DNA of 64,000 nt, from contig CAWGHO010000001.1 of assembly GCA_963822445.1 (NCBI GenBank), forward strand, positions 1,504,001 through 1,568,000, given 5' to 3'. Made by a program: the position numbers and the translations under genes. The DNA is from an uncultured Acidobacteriota bacterium. Its GTDB lineage: Bacteria > Acidobacteriota > Thermoanaerobaculia > Gp7-AA8. Positions 17,750 to 27,727 of this stretch are shown one piece after another. Position 1 is the stretch's first letter. Each line of letters starts with the position of its first letter. The notes beneath the pieces are model-generated. The model saw nothing but the letters and a program-made list of their open reading frames with translations. It was not told where the DNA came from and ran no database searches.

Positions 17750-19009
17750 ATGCTTCGTCCTCTCTTCTTTTCTCTGCTCTTCCTCGCCCTGGTCGGTGAC
17801 GCGCGGATCTTTCTGTTCGTGCTGAACCGCCTCGTCTTCGGCGCCCATCGCGAAGAGAAAGCGAAGCTGCACTGGCTGATGTACGCCGTTCCGCCGCTGC
17901 TGCTCTTTCTCACGCTGCTTTTCCTGCCGCTGCACGAATGGATTGCCGATCTGTCCGACAACCGTCTGGTCGATCGCATCACCCCCGAGCCGATCGAGCG
18001 GGTGTGGCAGGCGTTCTGGACCTACGTCGGCCCGGCCTGGCTGTTCATCGCCGCGGGCGTCGGCCTTTATTGGCTGATCGATCGCGTTCGCGTGCTGGTG
18101 TTCCCGGCTTCTGCCGTCGCCGGAACGAAGACATTCGTGCCGACGGTGATCCGCGCGCGGATCCGCGCGGAAGAACGCGAGCCGCAGGTATCGACGCTGA
18201 AGCGCATCGCCCGCGCGGTCGGCGCTCACAACGACGTTTACGATTTCGAGATCACGCAACACGAAGTTGCGATTGCGAGTCTGCCCGCATCCTTCGATGG
18301 CTATCGCATCGCGTTCCTCACCGACACTCACGTCGCATCCTTCATGCGGCGCGATTTCTACCGCGCCGTCGTCGCCCAGGCGAGCGCCTTCGATCCCGAT
18401 CTCGTCCTCCTCGGCGGCGACTTCGTGACGTGGGAGCGGCACATCCCGCTGATGGCCGAGGTGCTGCTGACCGATCTTCAGGCCCGCGATGGCATTTACG
18501 CGGTCCTCGGCAATCACGATTACTGGGCGAATCCGAAGGCGGTCATGGAAGCGATGACGGCGCGCGGCGTTCAGTTCATCGTCAATCGCTCCGTCGCCAT
18601 CCGCCGCGGCGACGAGATGATCTCGCTCCTCGGGATCGACGAGGTCTATCGCGGCCATCCGGACCTCGACGCCGCCTTCGCCGGCACCGATCCGAACCTC
18701 CCCTGCCTCGGCCTCAGCCACCATCCCGACATCATCGACAGGCTCGACGGATGGAAGCTCGATCTGCTCGTGTGCGGCCACACCCACGGCGGACAGATCC
18801 GCTTTCCGTTCTTCGGCTCGGTGATCGTCCCGTCGAAACACGAGAGCCGTTACGCGAGCGGATTTCAGCGGGTGGGGGACGTGTTGCTGTACGTCAGCCG
18901 CGGAATCGGGGCCATCCCGCCGGTGCGCATTCTTTGCAGACCGGAACTGGCCACCTTCACCCTGCGGCGGTCTCTCAATGACGACAAAACTCTCGGAGGT
19001 CTGGCCTGA
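17750..19009 (+). CDS. Membrane-anchored metallophosphoesterase (YkuE-like)
   Basis: N-terminal TMs; TDTH, GGD, GNHD, SHHPD, GHTHGGQ and VSRGIG. Confidence 0.88.
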   Translation: MLRPLFFSLLFLALVGDARIFLFVLNRLVFGAHREEKAKLHWLMYAVPPLLLFLTLLFLPLHEWIADLSDNRLVDRITPEPIERVWQAFWTYVGPAWLFIAAGVGLYWLIDRVRVLVFPASAVAGTKTFVPTVIRARIRAEEREPQVSTLKRIARAVGAHNDVYDFEITQHEVAIASLPASFDGYRIAFLTDTHVASFMRRDFYRAVVAQASAFDPDLVLLGGDFVTWERHIPLMAEVLLTDLQARDGIYAVLGNHDYWANPKAVMEAMTARGVQFIVNRSVAIRRGDEMISLLGIDEVYRGHPDLDAAFAGTDPNLPCLGLSHHPDIIDRLDGWKLDLLVCGHTHGGQIRFPFFGSVIVPSKHESRYASGFQRVGDVLLYVSRGIGAIPPVRILCRPELATFTLRRSLNDDKTLGGLA

Positions 19010-19899
19010 TCTCGAGCGCGTTGCTCGCGCCGAGGGAGTGCTGCATCTGGGAGCGAGTGACGTCGAGGATGCGCATGCGGCGATGTTCGCGGAGTGGATC
19101 GAGCGCGGACATCACGCGTCGATGTCCTACCTCGCCAGGAACGCGGCCATTCGCGCGAATCCCATCGAGCGGTATCCATGGGCGAAGTCGGTAATCTCCA
19201 TCCTCGTACCCTACGCGAGCGAGCGGCCGCACGCGCCAGAAGACGCGCTCAGTCATCACATCGCCCGCTACGCCCTCGGTGACGATTACCACGACGTCCT
19301 CGATCGCATCCTGCGCAAGGTTGAAGAGGCATTGCCGGGCGTGAAGACCTGGCGGTACGTCGATACGGGTCCGCTCTCCGATCGTGCCTACGCCGCGCAG
19401 GCCGGCCTGGGATGGATCGGCAAGAACGGCATGCTCATTCACGAAGAGCATGGCTCGTACTTTTTCATCGGAACGTTGCTGACCGCGCTGGAGAACGACA
19501 TCAGCGCGGTGACCGTCGCCGATCGCTGCGGCGCCTGCACGCGCTGCCTCGACGCCTGTCCCACGAACGCCATCCTGCCCGATCGCACGATCGACGTCGC
19601 ACCAATGCATCAGCTACGCGACCATCGAGCATCGCGGCGAGCTCGATGAGCGGATCGCAGACAGGCTCGAGTCGAATGCCTTCGGCTGCGACATCTGCCA
19701 GGAAGTCTGCCCCTGGAACCACGCGCCCGCTGCCGCACACCCCGCCTTCGCGGCTCGCGAGGAATACCGCGCGACGCCGGTCAGCGACCTGCTCCGCTTC
19801 GGCCAGGCCGAGTTTTCGACGCTCTTCCGCAAGAGCGCGGTGAAGCGGGCCAGGCTCGCGGGGATGCAGCGGAATGTGCGACTCTTGTCGCGTCGATGA
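18978..19899 (+). CDS. queG: Epoxyqueuosine reductase (frameshift near 19596)
   Basis: IARYALG.DYH, VDTGP, GWIGKN, CGACTRCLDACPT, then CISYATIE and FGCDICQEVCPWN in the next frame. Confidence 0.92.
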
Positions 19900-20672
19900 G
19901 CCACGACGCTCCGCCGCCCGACTGCCTGAACTGCAACGCCGCACTGCAAGGACCTTTCTGTCACGCCTGTGGGCAGAAAGCAGTCGCGCCGCTGGTCAGC
20001 GTCCATGACTTCGTTCATGAGGCGACGCATGAGTTCCTGCACCTCGACGGGAAGATTCTCAACACGATCAAGCTGCTCGTCCTGAAGCCGGGGCAGCTGA
20101 CGCGGGAGTTCATCGAAGGACGCCGGGCGCGGTACATCGGGCCGATTCGCGTCTATCTCACGTTCAGCGTGATTTTCTTCGCGCTGGCCGCCATCGTCCC
20201 GGGCGCGCGCGAGTCATTCATCAAAGTCGGGCCGACGAACAGCCTGCCCGCGACGGTTGCCGAAGAGGAACGCCAGGCCGACAAGATCCGCGAGACGCTG
20301 ATGCACAACATGCCTCGCGCCGCGTTTCTGCTGATGCCCGCGTTCGCGTTTCTGACCTGGCTCTTCTACCGCCGCGCGCAGCCGTACTACGTTCCTCATC
20401 TCTACTACTCGATCCACTTCCACGCCTTCGCCTTTCTGATGCTTTCCATCGCCATGCTCCTCGGCCTCCTCGGCCGCAGCGGGAAACTGTTCGGCAGCAT
20501 CGCCTTCCTCACCGTCTTCCCCTACCACTACATCGGCCTGCGGCGGATGTTCGGCGACTCGCGATGGAAGACGTTCGGGAAAGGCACGGCCATCGGCGTT
20601 CTGTACTGGATCGTGCTCGCGCTCACGATGGCGGCGCTGACCTGGGGGACGATGCGAGCGATCCCGAAATGA
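19896..20672 (+). CDS. DUF3667 membrane protein
   Basis: CLNC...GPFCHACGQ, KPGQLTREFIEGRRARY and TM helices. Confidence 0.85.
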   Translation: MSHDAPPPDCLNCNAALQGPFCHACGQKAVAPLVSVHDFVHEATHEFLHLDGKILNTIKLLVLKPGQLTREFIEGRRARYIGPIRVYLTFSVIFFALAAIVPGARESFIKVGPTNSLPATVAEEERQADKIRETLMHNMPRAAFLLMPAFAFLTWLFYRRAQPYYVPHLYYSIHFHAFAFLMLSIAMLLGLLGRSGKLFGSIAFLTVFPYHYIGLRRMFGDSRWKTFGKGTAIGVLYWIVLALTMAALTWGTMRAIPK

Positions 20673-20673
20673 G

Positions 20674-21096
20674 CTACTTCTTCGCCCGCGGTTCCGAATG
20701 GAACGCCTTGCTCACGACCTGCCACTTGCCGTCGATCTTCAGCAGCAGCATGTAGTCGGTGAACACCGCCGCCGGGTAATCGAGCTTCAGCTTGGCCACG
20801 GCGGCGTTGCCGGTGATGTCCACCATCTCGATCGTGCGTTTGCGCTGGGCCTCGTCCGCCGGCGCGTTGCCTTTCAATGCGGAAACGTACTCGTCGCGAG
20901 TGCGGGTCATGAACGCGCCGTCCTTCACCCACAACATCTTCCACTCCGGATGAAACGCCTCGAGCAGCGGCGAGCCCTGACCGGTGGCGTGGGCCTCGAA
21001 ATACTTCTCCACGGCGGCGCGCACGAGGGCCTGATCGTTGTCCTGCGCGAAGAGCGGCGTGGTCAGAAGGAGGGCGACGAGGATGGCGGTCTTCAT
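20674..21096 (-). CDS. Exported NTF2-fold (putative lumazine-binding family) protein
   Basis: Signal peptide; AFHP, DITGNAAVAK and FTDYMLLLKIDGKWQVVSK. Confidence 0.8.
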   Translation of the reverse strand: MKTAILVALLLTTPLFAQDNDQALVRAAVEKYFEAHATGQGSPLLEAFHPEWKMLWVKDGAFMTRTRDEYVSALKGNAPADEAQRKRTIEMVDITGNAAVAKLKLDYPAAVFTDYMLLLKIDGKWQVVSKAFHSEPRAKK

Positions 21097-21112
21097 GACC
21101 GCAGAGACTAAC

Positions 21113-22114
21113 TCAACGCAGCGGCAGCTCGAACGCGCGTCCGACGATGGTCGGGTCGACCGAGCGGTCGAGGTACTCCCACACGGCCAGCGCGTCGGGA
21201 TGATGCGCGATCGGCGGAGCGATCTCGCGGGTCTGGGGATCGTTGATGATCAGACGCGCGCGGCGGTAGTAGTGCATCGCTTCTTCGGGATTCAGGCGGA
21301 GCTCTTCGCGCACGCCCTGAATGAGCAGGTATTGCTCGGCGGGGACACCCGAGGCTTCTAGCGCGGCGTATTGCGGGGCGAGCTGGCGCGCGCGGGCGCG
21401 GATGATCTTCAGCTTGAGCCGGAGCGATTGCGTGTCCAGCGCCGCGCGAACGAGCTCGCAGAGCCGGCCGATCGCCAGCCGCAACTGCTCGGGCTTCTCG
21501 TTGACGTACAGGCCCGCGCGATAGCTTCGGGTGGTGCTGCCGGTGATCGCCTTCACCGTCGTCCACATCACTTCACCGGCGACGGCGAGTGAGATTTCGG
21601 ACTGGGGAACGCTGAACGACAGGATGGCCGTGGATCCGCGCAAAGGCTCCGCTGGCAGCTCGATGCGCGCGCCGCGCGCGGAGAGATTTTCGATGTGAAC
21701 GGGCTGGCCGTCGAACGTCGCGGGCAGCGACGGGGACACGAAGAAACGATCGGTCGAGCGGAGCTCTTCGATCCGGTTGGAGCGGTTCGACGTCTGCAGC
21801 TGCGCGATCAGCGAGCTGAGCACTTCCGGAGATCCATATGTCCGTGCTCCGGACACGAAACGCCCTGCCGAGCCATGTTCCGGCTGGCTCCAGACCACCA
21901 CCGCCTCGATGCTCACCGGCGAGGGACGGCCGTCCACGGACAGCTTGAGCAGGGACTTCATCCCCGTTTCGAGCGGCTTGTCGTGACGGAACCGCGCTCC
22001 CTTCGCCGAGATGTCGCAGATGGCGACGGGGGAAGTGCCGAACGTCGCCGCCAGCGGCGGGGCGAGCAGAAATCGCTCCGCCGTTCGGAGATTGCGAGCC
22101 GTGGCTTCGTGCAT
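21113..22114 (-). CDS. Tandem PilZ-domain protein
   Basis: RTAER...DISAKG and RSTDR...NLSARG; start codon uncertain. Confidence 0.8.
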   Translation of the reverse strand: MHEATARNLRTAERFLLAPPLAATFGTSPVAICDISAKGARFRHDKPLETGMKSLLKLSVDGRPSPVSIEAVVVWSQPEHGSAGRFVSGARTYGSPEVLSSLIAQLQTSNRSNRIEELRSTDRFFVSPSLPATFDGQPVHIENLSARGARIELPAEPLRGSTAILSFSVPQSEISLAVAGEVMWTTVKAITGSTTRSYRAGLYVNEKPEQLRLAIGRLCELVRAALDTQSLRLKLKIIRARARQLAPQYAALEASGVPAEQYLLIQGVREELRLNPEEAMHYYRRARLIINDPQTREIAPPIAHHPDALAVWEYLDRSVDPTIVGRAFELPLR

Positions 22115-22214
22115 TGTCGGAGTTGAGGACAGCTTACGCTCGATTTGGACCTGTTGAAAGCGTGTCGCTTGGTGTAACACCAGCGCCATCGGCCTTTTGT
22201 GATATCGCTCACTT

Positions 22215-22859
22215 ATGGATCGCCATTTCGACGTCATCACCTTCGACTGTTACGGTACGCTCATCGACTGGGAGTCCGGGATCGCCGACGCCTTCCGCGC
22301 GGCTGGTCTCGAACGCCCGCGCCACGACATCCTTCGCGCGTACGAGGAGATCGAGCCGGTCGTCGAGAGCGAGCGCTATCAGCTTTATCGCGACGTCCTC
22401 ACCGAGACCGCGGTCCGCGTCGGCTCGGCCCTCGGATGGCAAACGGACGGCGCCTTCCTGCCGGACTCTCTTCCCGACTGGAAACCGTTCCCCGACACGA
22501 ACGCGGCCCTGGAGCAACTCGTGGCCGGCGGTTACCGCCTGGGCATTCTCTCGAATGTCGACGACGTGCTGATCGCCGCGACGCGCCGCCACTTCACCGT
22601 CGACTTCGATCTGATCATCACCGCGCAGCAGGTCCGTTCCTACAAACCGGCGCCGGCGCACTTCCTCGCCGCGCGCGAGGCGATCGGCAACGCCCGCTGG
22701 CTGCACGCCGCCCAAAGCAACTTCCACGACATCGTCCCCGCCAACAACCTGGGAATCCCCACGGCGTGGGTGAACCGCCGCGGCGATACCGCCCTGCCGG
22801 GCGGGACGCCGACGTATGAGGTCAAGAATCTAACCGCGCTTGCGGAGCTATTGGCTTAA
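22215..22859 (+). CDS. HAD-superfamily hydrolase (haloacid dehalogenase type II-like)
   Basis: TFDCYGTLIDWE, LSNVD, SYKP and HAAQSNFHD. Confidence 0.9.
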   Translation: MDRHFDVITFDCYGTLIDWESGIADAFRAAGLERPRHDILRAYEEIEPVVESERYQLYRDVLTETAVRVGSALGWQTDGAFLPDSLPDWKPFPDTNAALEQLVAGGYRLGILSNVDDVLIAATRRHFTVDFDLIITAQQVRSYKPAPAHFLAAREAIGNARWLHAAQSNFHDIVPANNLGIPTAWVNRRGDTALPGGTPTYEVKNLTALAELLA

Positions 22860-24034
22860 ACCACTTCGACGATCATCGCTGCCGCTTCGCCGCCGCCGAT
22901 GCAGATCGCGGCGAGGCCGCGCTTCGCGCCGCGCTCGTGTAATGCGTGAATCAGCGTGACGAGAATGCGCGCGCCGCTCGCGCCGATCGGGTGGCCGAGG
23001 GCGACTGCGCCGCCGTAGACGTTCAGCTTGTCGTGGGGGATGTTCGCGTCCTTCATCGCCGCGAGGGCCACGGCGGCAAAGGCTTCGTTGATCTCGAAGA
23101 GATCGATGTCGTCGACGGTCATCTTCGCGCGCTGCAGCACGAGATCGATGGCCTTCGCGGGGGCGGTGGTGAACCACTCCGGCTCGTGCGCCGCCGTCGA
23201 CTGGGCGATGATCCGGGCGATCGGCTTGAGGTTGTGCTGCGAGGCGTAATCGGCTGACGTCACGACCAGCGCGGCCGCGCCGTCGTTGATCTTCGACGCG
23301 TTCGCCGCGGTCACCGTGCCGCCTTCCTTGGCGAAGGCCGGCTTGAGCTTGCCCATCTTGTCGAGCGGCGCGGAGAACGGCTCCTCGTCGTCGACGACGA
23401 CGGATTTGCCCTTCTTCCCCTCGATCTCGACGACGGCGATCTCCTTCTTGAACTTGCCCGTCTTGATCGCGTCCTGGGCGCGGCGGTAGGACTCGAGCGA
23501 GAACTCGTCCTGCTGCTCGCGGGTGAATTCGTACTTCGACACGCAGGTCTCGGCGCAATTGCCCATGTGCTTGTCGCCGTACGGGTCCCAGAGTCCGTCG
23601 TGAATCATCACGTCGATCATCTTGCCGTTGCCCATACGGTAGCCGGTGCGGGCCTGCGGCAGGACGTACGGCGCGTTGGACATCGACTCCATGCCCCCGG
23701 CGACGGCGAGGTCGTATTCGCCGCAGCGGATGTCGTTCGCGGCGTACATCAGCGCCTTCATCCCCGAGCCGCAGACTTTGTTCACCGTGACCGCGCCGGC
23801 GTTGACGGGAATGCCCGCGTAAATCCCGGCCTGACGGGCCGGCGCCTGGCCGATGCCGGCCTGGAGGACGTTGCCCATGATCACCTGCTGAACCTGGTCG
23901 GGCTGCACGCCCGAATTTTCGAGGGCGCATTTGATGGCCACGGCGCCGAGGCGGGGCGCGGGAAGGGCGGAAAGGGTGCCGAGAAACGAGCCGATCGGCG
24001 TGCGGGCGCCGCCGAGAATGACGATGTCTTTCAT
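22856..24034 (-). CDS. Acetyl-CoA C-acyltransferase (thiolase)
   Basis: NKVCGSG, NEAFA, GHPIGASG and CIGGG. Confidence 0.95.
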   Translation of the reverse strand: MKDIVILGGARTPIGSFLGTLSALPAPRLGAVAIKCALENSGVQPDQVQQVIMGNVLQAGIGQAPARQAGIYAGIPVNAGAVTVNKVCGSGMKALMYAANDIRCGEYDLAVAGGMESMSNAPYVLPQARTGYRMGNGKMIDVMIHDGLWDPYGDKHMGNCAETCVSKYEFTREQQDEFSLESYRRAQDAIKTGKFKKEIAVVEIEGKKGKSVVVDDEEPFSAPLDKMGKLKPAFAKEGGTVTAANASKINDGAAALVVTSADYASQHNLKPIARIIAQSTAAHEPEWFTTAPAKAIDLVLQRAKMTVDDIDLFEINEAFAAVALAAMKDANIPHDKLNVYGGAVALGHPIGASGARILVTLIHALHERGAKRGLAAICIGGGEAAAMIVEVV

Positions 24035-24050
24035 GAGCGTGTTTCTATCA

Positions 24051-24178
24051 CAAGGGGACGACGAGGGGCCTCCGGCGGCCGGGGCCACGGGCCCCGGACC
24101 CCGCTGTTTGGCTAGGCCAAACCAAACGGGTCCAGGGCCCGTGGCCCTGGCCGCCGGAGGCCCCCCGTCGTCCTCTTG
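24051..24178. repeat. Long palindrome (51-bp arms) in a divergent intergenic region
   Basis: 24051-24101 versus 24128-24178 with 4 transition mismatches; inner hairpin GTTTGGC-TAG-GCCAAAC. Confidence 0.85.
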
Positions 24179-24223
24179 AGCTAGAATGCGCCTCCCTCAA
24201 CGTCGCACACAGGAGTCGTCCGA

Positions 24224-25579
24224 ATGTCTCTCCCTTCAATCACCGATCGCCGGATCCATGTCCAGCCCGCCGAAGTCCATAACGTGCTGTCGCGGCACAT
24301 GCTCGCCGACGGCTACGACATCGTCATGGACCTCAGGAAGTCGCGCGGCTCGTGGGTCTTCGACTCCCGCCGCGGCCGCAAGGTGCTCGACTTCTTCACC
24401 AACTTCGCATCCGTGCCCATCGGCTACAACCATCCCAAGATGGACACGCCGGAGTTCCGCGAGCGGATCGCCGACGCGGCCATCAACAAGCCGGCGAATT
24501 CGGACATCTACACGACCTACATGGCGGAGTTCGTCGAGACCTTCGCGCGCCTGGCCGTGCCGCCGTCGCTCAACAAGCATCTCTTCTTCATCGAAGGCGG
24601 ATCTCTGGGCATCGAGAACGCCGTGAAGACCGCGTTCGACTGGAAGATCCGCAAGAACTTCAAGCGGGGATCGCAGAGCGAGAAGGGCACGCAGATCATG
24701 CATCTGCGCGAGGCCTTCCACGGCCGCACCGGCTACACGCTTTCGCTGACGAACACCGCCGATCCGCGCAAGACGCAGTACTTCCCGAAATTCGACTGGC
24801 CGCGCGTCGACAACCCGAAGATTGAGTTCCCGCTGACCGAAGAGTCGATGGCCGATGTCATCCGCCGAGAGAAGGCCGCCCTCGAGCAGGCGAAGCAGTT
24901 CCTGCATGACCGCAAGGACGACGTCGCGGCATTCATCATGGAGCCCATCCAGGGCGAGGGCGGCGACAACCATTTCCGCCCAGAGTTCTTCCGGGCCATC
25001 CGCCAGCTCTGCGACGAGAACGAGATGCTGCTGATCTTCGACGAAGTGCAGTCGGGCGTCGGCCTCACCGGCAAGATGTGGTCGTTCCAGCACTACGGCG
25101 TCGAGCCCGATCTGTTCTGCTTCGGCAAGAAGACCCAGGTCTGCGGCTTCGCGTCGAACGATCGCATCTTCGATCTCGCCGAGAACGTCTTCACGGTCTC
25201 GTCGCGCATCAACTCGACCTGGGGCGGAAACCTGACGGACATGGTCCGCTCGCAGCGCTACTTCGAGATCATCGACGAGGAGAACCTCGTGGAGAACGCC
25301 GCGAAAGTCGGCGCGTACTTCATCGGAGAGCTGGAGCGCTTCCAGAGCGAGTTCCCGAACCTCGTCTCCAACGTGCGCGGCCGCGGCCTCATGGCCGCGT
25401 TCGACCTGCCGTCCGGCGAAATTCGCGACGCCGCACTCAAAGCGTTCATGGCCCAGGACGTCATGGTGCTGTCGTCCGGACACCGCTCCGCGCGATTCCG
25501 CCCGCCGCTCAATCTCTCGATGGATGAAGCGGCGGAGGGATTGCGGCGGATGGAGAAGGCGCTGAAGGAACTGGCGTAG
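24224..25579 (+). CDS. lat: L-lysine 6-transaminase (class III PLP aminotransferase)
   Basis: NKPANSDIY, ENAVKTAFDWK, AFHGRTGY, EPIQGEGGD, FDEVQ, FGKK and RINSTWGGN. Confidence 0.9.
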   Translation: MSLPSITDRRIHVQPAEVHNVLSRHMLADGYDIVMDLRKSRGSWVFDSRRGRKVLDFFTNFASVPIGYNHPKMDTPEFRERIADAAINKPANSDIYTTYMAEFVETFARLAVPPSLNKHLFFIEGGSLGIENAVKTAFDWKIRKNFKRGSQSEKGTQIMHLREAFHGRTGYTLSLTNTADPRKTQYFPKFDWPRVDNPKIEFPLTEESMADVIRREKAALEQAKQFLHDRKDDVAAFIMEPIQGEGGDNHFRPEFFRAIRQLCDENEMLLIFDEVQSGVGLTGKMWSFQHYGVEPDLFCFGKKTQVCGFASNDRIFDLAENVFTVSSRINSTWGGNLTDMVRSQRYFEIIDEENLVENAAKVGAYFIGELERFQSEFPNLVSNVRGRGLMAAFDLPSGEIRDAALKAFMAQDVMVLSSGHRSARFRPPLNLSMDEAAEGLRRMEKALKELA

Positions 25580-25600
25580 CCGAGGCGTACAATTTCGCGT

Positions 25601-25828
25601 ATGAACGCGCGAATTGAGATCGACCCGGCCATTCAGCATGGAAGACCGGTGATCAAAGGGACGCGGGTACCCGTGGTGCGGATCCTGGGCTGTATCCAGG
25701 AAGGGATGACGGTCGAGCAGGCCGCCGCCGAATACGGCGTGAGCGTGGAGGATGCCCGCGCTGCGGTCGACTACGCCGCGGAGCTGGTGGAACAGGCGCA
25801 GCAGCGGCCCGTCGCGACGCACGGCTGA
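25601..25828 (+). CDS. DUF433 antitoxin
   Basis: IDPAIQHGRPVIKGTRVPV..IL. Confidence 0.9.
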   Translation: MNARIEIDPAIQHGRPVIKGTRVPVVRILGCIQEGMTVEQAAAEYGVSVEDARAAVDYAAELVEQAQQRPVATHG

Positions 25829-25830
25829 TC

Positions 25831-26190
25831 GTGCAGTTTCTGATCGACGCCGACCTGTCGCCTCGTCTGGCAGCGATCTTCGCGGAACACGGCCATGACG
25901 CGATCCATGTCGAAACGGTCTTTCCTCCGCGGACACCTGACGCGGCGATCGGGACCTATGCACGCGATCACGGTTACTGCCTCGTAACCGGCGACTACGA
26001 CTTCTCGGACGTCCGCGAGTTCGCACCGCAGCGATTCCCTGGCATTGTCGTGCTTACGCTCCCGCGGAATGCCGGTCCCGAATTCATCGCAAGTCTCGTT
26101 CGCGAATTTCTCACGCGCCTTCCAGATCTTGGCCCCCTCCGTGGCAAACTGCTGATCGTCGAGCGCGGCCGCATCCGCATCCGGGAGTGA
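25831..26190 (+). CDS. DUF5615 PIN-like toxin
   Basis: FLIDADLS, GHDAIHV, LVTGDYDF and GIVVL; paired with the DUF433 gene. Confidence 0.88.
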   Translation: MQFLIDADLSPRLAAIFAEHGHDAIHVETVFPPRTPDAAIGTYARDHGYCLVTGDYDFSDVREFAPQRFPGIVVLTLPRNAGPEFIASLVREFLTRLPDLGPLRGKLLIVERGRIRIRE

Positions 26191-26194
26191 CCTT

Positions 26195-26722
26195 GTGATT
26201 GCCACCCTCCTCGTCATCCTCTCCATCACCTCCACCCCACCACCCGAAGACGTGGTGAGGCGCTTCAGCGAGGTGTACGTCAGGCAAACCGAGCACGTAG
26301 GTCTGCTGCAGAGCCGCGGGTCGCGCGTCCTCGAATGCTACCTCAGCAAGCGCTTGCGGCGGGCGATCGCCGATCTGCGGGCATGCCAGAAGGACTGGCA
26401 TCGGCAGCAGCCGAAGGGATCGACCGACAAGCCGCCGTACGTTGATTGCTGTCTGTTCTCAGGTCTCCCTGACGGTCCGCCCGACGGCTTCACTCTCGGT
26501 CCGAGCGAGACGCTTCCGGACGGACGGGTCAAGGTCTTCGTCGATTTCACACTGAAGGATCGAGACACCGTCCTTCGCTGGCGCGACGCCTACATCGTTG
26601 CCAGAGCGGGGAATCGTTGGGTGATCGACGATTTCATAGGTGTCGTCGATGGCGACCGCCCGAACCACATTCCGCTCACCGCCGCTTACACGAACTGCCG
26701 CGGCGGCAAATGGGTCGAGTGA
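26195..26722 (+). CDS. Exported DUF3828/YbjP-like protein
   Basis: Hydrophobic N-terminus; PEDVVRRF, KPP...LFS and WRD......RWVIDD. Confidence 0.6.
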   Translation: MIATLLVILSITSTPPPEDVVRRFSEVYVRQTEHVGLLQSRGSRVLECYLSKRLRRAIADLRACQKDWHRQQPKGSTDKPPYVDCCLFSGLPDGPPDGFTLGPSETLPDGRVKVFVDFTLKDRDTVLRWRDAYIVARAGNRWVIDDFIGVVDGDRPNHIPLTAAYTNCRGGKWVE

Positions 26723-26732
26723 GACGGCACGT

Positions 26733-27716
26733 TCACTCGGCGGCCGGAAGAGCCGCGGCGGCCGGCGCGCCTTCCCAATCGGAATGCGGCTTCCGATTCA
26801 GCACCAGCCAGCCCCACAACAGCTCGCCGTATCCGCGCGCCACGATGCCGCGTTTTTCGTAAAACGGCAGCAGCAGTTTCTGCAGGCGCGGCAGGTTGTA
26901 GAACGGGACGCTCGGGAAGTAGTGATGCTCGAGGTGAAAGTTCGAGAAGAGGAACGTCGCATTCCAGAACCAGGAGCTCTTCACCAGCGTCGACCACTCC
27001 GCGGGATCGTTCGGGTTGATGTCGTAGTGCTGGCCGAGGCGGTTGAGGGCGAAGGCGATGGGGAAGATGAAGAAGACCGGAACGATGTAGAGCTTCCAGG
27101 CAATCGCCCACCCGCCAAGCCACGCCGCGAGTGCGAGGAGCGACAGGTGAAACACGATCGAGCCGAGGCGCTCGCGCGTGATCCGCGAGCGAAGCTCCGG
27201 TTCATACGTCGCTGTCTCTTTCGCCGCGGCGCGGAAGTAGATCGCGAACAGGGCCGGGGTGAAGTACAGCAGTTTGAGCCAGCGCGCGTTCCGCTTCGGC
27301 GAGAGCCAGTGGCGCTTCGGATCATCGTCGTAAGAGCCGAGGTTCGCGTGATGGTCGAGGTGCCAGCGCGTGAATTGCGAGGAGGAGATGCCGCTGGGAA
27401 CGGCGTACAGCAATCCGAGAAGCCGATAGACGCGCTCGCTCGATCCGTTGATCACCGCGCGATGCACGACTTCGTGCAGGAGGACCGTTCCGTTGAAGAC
27501 CGAGAAGCCGGCGATGACCGCGAACGGCAGCCAGAGGTACCAGACCTCGAAGCGGATGATGGCGATCGCGCTCAGCACCAGCGCCGCGAAATTCGCCAGC
27601 GCGACCAACCCATGCAGCACAGGCCGCTTCTGATGCAGCTCCCGCAACGCCTCGGCCGGAATCTCGCGGGCGAGGTCACGTTTCAGCTGCTGCGCGTGGT
27701 CGGAGTAGTAGGCCAT
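26733..27716 (-). CDS. Fatty acid desaturase family protein
   Basis: His boxes HEVVH, HLDHH, QH and HLEHH. Confidence 0.9.
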   Translation of the reverse strand: MAYYSDHAQQLKRDLAREIPAEALRELHQKRPVLHGLVALANFAALVLSAIAIIRFEVWYLWLPFAVIAGFSVFNGTVLLHEVVHRAVINGSSERVYRLLGLLYAVPSGISSSQFTRWHLDHHANLGSYDDDPKRHWLSPKRNARWLKLLYFTPALFAIYFRAAAKETATYEPELRSRITRERLGSIVFHLSLLALAAWLGGWAIAWKLYIVPVFFIFPIAFALNRLGQHYDINPNDPAEWSTLVKSSWFWNATFLFSNFHLEHHYFPSVPFYNLPRLQKLLLPFYEKRGIVARGYGELLWGWLVLNRKPHSDWEGAPAAAALPAAE

Positions 27717-27727
27717 CGGGCGTGTGT

